Assembly (NCBI GenBank): GCA_002633005.1
Contig: NMRA01000156.1
Coordinates: 186,001 to 250,000, forward strand
DNA: 64,000 nucleotides
Source of the DNA: Phoronis australis
Lineage: Eukaryota > Animalia > Phoronida
Direction of reading: 5' to 3'
The notes under the pieces: generated by a model
Seen by the model: the letters and a program-made list of their open reading frames with translations, nothing else
Told to the model about the DNA's origin: nothing
Database searches by the model: none
Position numbers and translations under genes: made by a program
Shown here: piece by piece, positions 61,885 to 64,000 of the stretch
Layout of the letters: every line of letters starts with the position of its first letter
Position numbering within the stretch: the stretch's first letter is position 1

Positions 61885-62985
61885 TGCCATGTTGACCAAT
61901 AGCATGTGTTTTTGTGGCATTATGCAGCACTACATTGGCCAATAGTAGGCAAGCCATGTAAGTCAGTAGTGTGTGACTTTGTGGGGTCTGGCAACATTTC
62001 ATTGGACAATAGTAGGGAATTTTACCTGTGCAAGCCATGTCGGCCAGTAGCATATGACTTTGTGTTGTAACGCAGCACTACATTGGCCAATGGTAAGCAA
62101 CTAAGTGTGCAAGCCATGTTGGCCAATCGTATGCTGCACTAAATTGACCATTTAGCCATACACGAGTCCACGGTTTCGTCCACCGTCTTGAAAAGAATAT
62201 GCAAACCATTTCACACGTGCAAATTGATGGGTGAAAAAAAATCCTTTTTAAAGCAATACCTTTGAAAGATATTTATTGCATTGTCAAATGGTTACAACTG
62301 TGTCATTCCCAACATCGAGGATTGTCACAAACTCGCTTTTCACAAACTCGCTTTTCAATTTTAGAACTTGTAAAATAACGGAGTTGTTAGAAAAAAATCC
62401 AGTTATTAGCAACATCAGGCACGTTTTCATAAATATCACTGCAGTTTCACTGTTGATACTGTTAGTTAACCCAGGATACAAAGTAAAAGTCAAGTCTTTA
62501 AATTGTTTCAACTGAAGCCTCAATACCATTACAATCGCAAATTATTACCATCACAAAGCACCCTGGCGGCTCAGCAAAAGATTCTGTGTCCTAACAACCC
62601 AGCAGCACTCGCGGGACGATGGCATAAATTTATTGTTAAAAGTGCTTTCACCATCTACTTGCTATTTTATAGGAGAAATCAGCATTTTATGGTTTGATCT
62701 TCATAAAGCGAAATGTAAAAATCACGTGTTTCACCACGCATACGTACATGAGCTACGCCTGCTCAGCTCGATATGGTAGACTTGTGCATAGTTTGCGATT
62801 TTGTAATTCAATCAAGCAGTGCTACATTGACCAATAGCACACGACATTACACGCACTAGCTATGTCAGCCAATGGCTTAAGATACTGTAGTATCTGGCAG
62901 CACTCCCTTGGCCAATAGTAGCCAACCTTACATGTGTAAGCCATGTTGGGCAACAGCACATAATTGTGTGTTGGCCAATGGCGGG
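61885..62985 (+). repeat. Degenerate repeat clusters (CACTACATTGGCCAATAGTAG / AAGCCATG) in the MTFR 3' region
   Basis: Motif recurs many times in 61885-62160 and again in 62815-62985. Confidence 0.65.
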
Positions 62986-63967
62986 CGGTAAAACTCTTAT
63001 ATGGCTAATTTTGGGCAGTTTGAGTTGTTACTAAGTGTGACTACAAGTGGAGTAAATGTGACCATGACCATGAAAGGTAGTTGACTTCATTAATGTACTC
63101 TGTAGTGTTGCTGTTGACAGTGTTGTTGGTTTTGGCAGTCGTTTCATTGTCGTTATTGTTTCCTGTCAATCATGCAGACAGTTCAGTGTGAAACAAAATG
63201 GCTGCGCAAGTTTTCTTTTACTGTGATTTTATGTAATATTGAAGCCTTGTATAAATAATGGTTAAAAATAAAAATTCTGGAAAGGAGCAAATGGAAAATT
63301 TGTTTAATACTCAAAGGAACCCACAAGGTCAACTTGAGAAAATCGAAACAAGGTATATATCTGGTGGTAAGATTAGACAGGTTTAACAGAGCACAGTCTA
63401 CTAGTAGTATATTTACATAAGAATTCAACAAACGAATCTCCAAAGAACTTCACAATGCTAAACGAGATGATAGCAACAGATTTATATACAATATTTACAC
63501 AGAATTACCAATAAATACCTGTAAAATAAACAATCGATTGCTATAAATAATAATTTATCTGTTCAACCTGAATGATGAAAAATCTGATTTCAGCAGATAA
63601 AACGATGGAAAAGAATTTTTTATGTAAAAAAATTATTCCGACAACACAAAGGTAACCCTAACACTTGAAACACCTGCTAAAAATATACAGTGACCTGCGT
63701 ACAACTGTTTACATGACATTCACAACTACACTTCGTTATTGGAATACACAACAAGGACTAAGGACTAAGACAACACTCCAGCCTAAACAATACTAAACAT
63801 TTAATCCCATCCCCACGTCGTGGGTTGGGATCTAATCTTTTTACTCGAAATTGTTTTAACATTTCCCGTTCTGAGTTGGTACAAATTCTAGTTAATGATT
63901 CTGTACTAGAATATATTAGTATGAACGACTGAAATTCTATTTTGCACTAGGCGACCCCAGCATTACA

Positions 63968-64000
63968 CTGGGCTTGGGAATTTTCCCCTTTTAAGAGGAT
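63968..64000 (+). mobile_element. Left end of another copy of the CAGGGCTTGGAAT MITE, cut by the window edge
   Basis: CTGGGCTTGGGAATTTTCCCCTTTTAAGAGGAT matches the start of the 10725 copy. Confidence 0.65.

Overview
AT-rich, intron-rich animal genomic DNA, probably from a marine invertebrate deuterostome (inferred from protein similarity and repeat types, not proven). Three spliced protein-coding genes can be rebuilt by hand with consistent exon phases: ARFGAP1 (+, 11 coding exons, 1222-35672, 496 aa), ARMC1 (-, 8 coding exons, 49182-40344, 286 aa) and an MTFR1/MTFR2 (FAM54)-family gene (+, 8 coding exons, 52621-61557, 388 aa). ARMC1 and MTFR are head-to-head around a predicted ~0.3 kb shared promoter, the same divergent pairing seen in human. 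Main leads: (1) a candidate 27-nt Rbfox-flanked microexon in ARFGAP1 at the junction where mammals insert a tissue-specific peptide; (2) a 129-nt triplication of the ARFGAP1 exon-3 end; (3) a GC-AG intron and a start-stop uORF in MTFR; (4) cell-cycle-type promoter and degron signatures; (5) a Kolobok element with a KolX-like remnant, a 6-bp-TSD hAT-like family, a Penelope-like hairpin insertion and other MITEs. Most ORF-track entries are non-coding noise.
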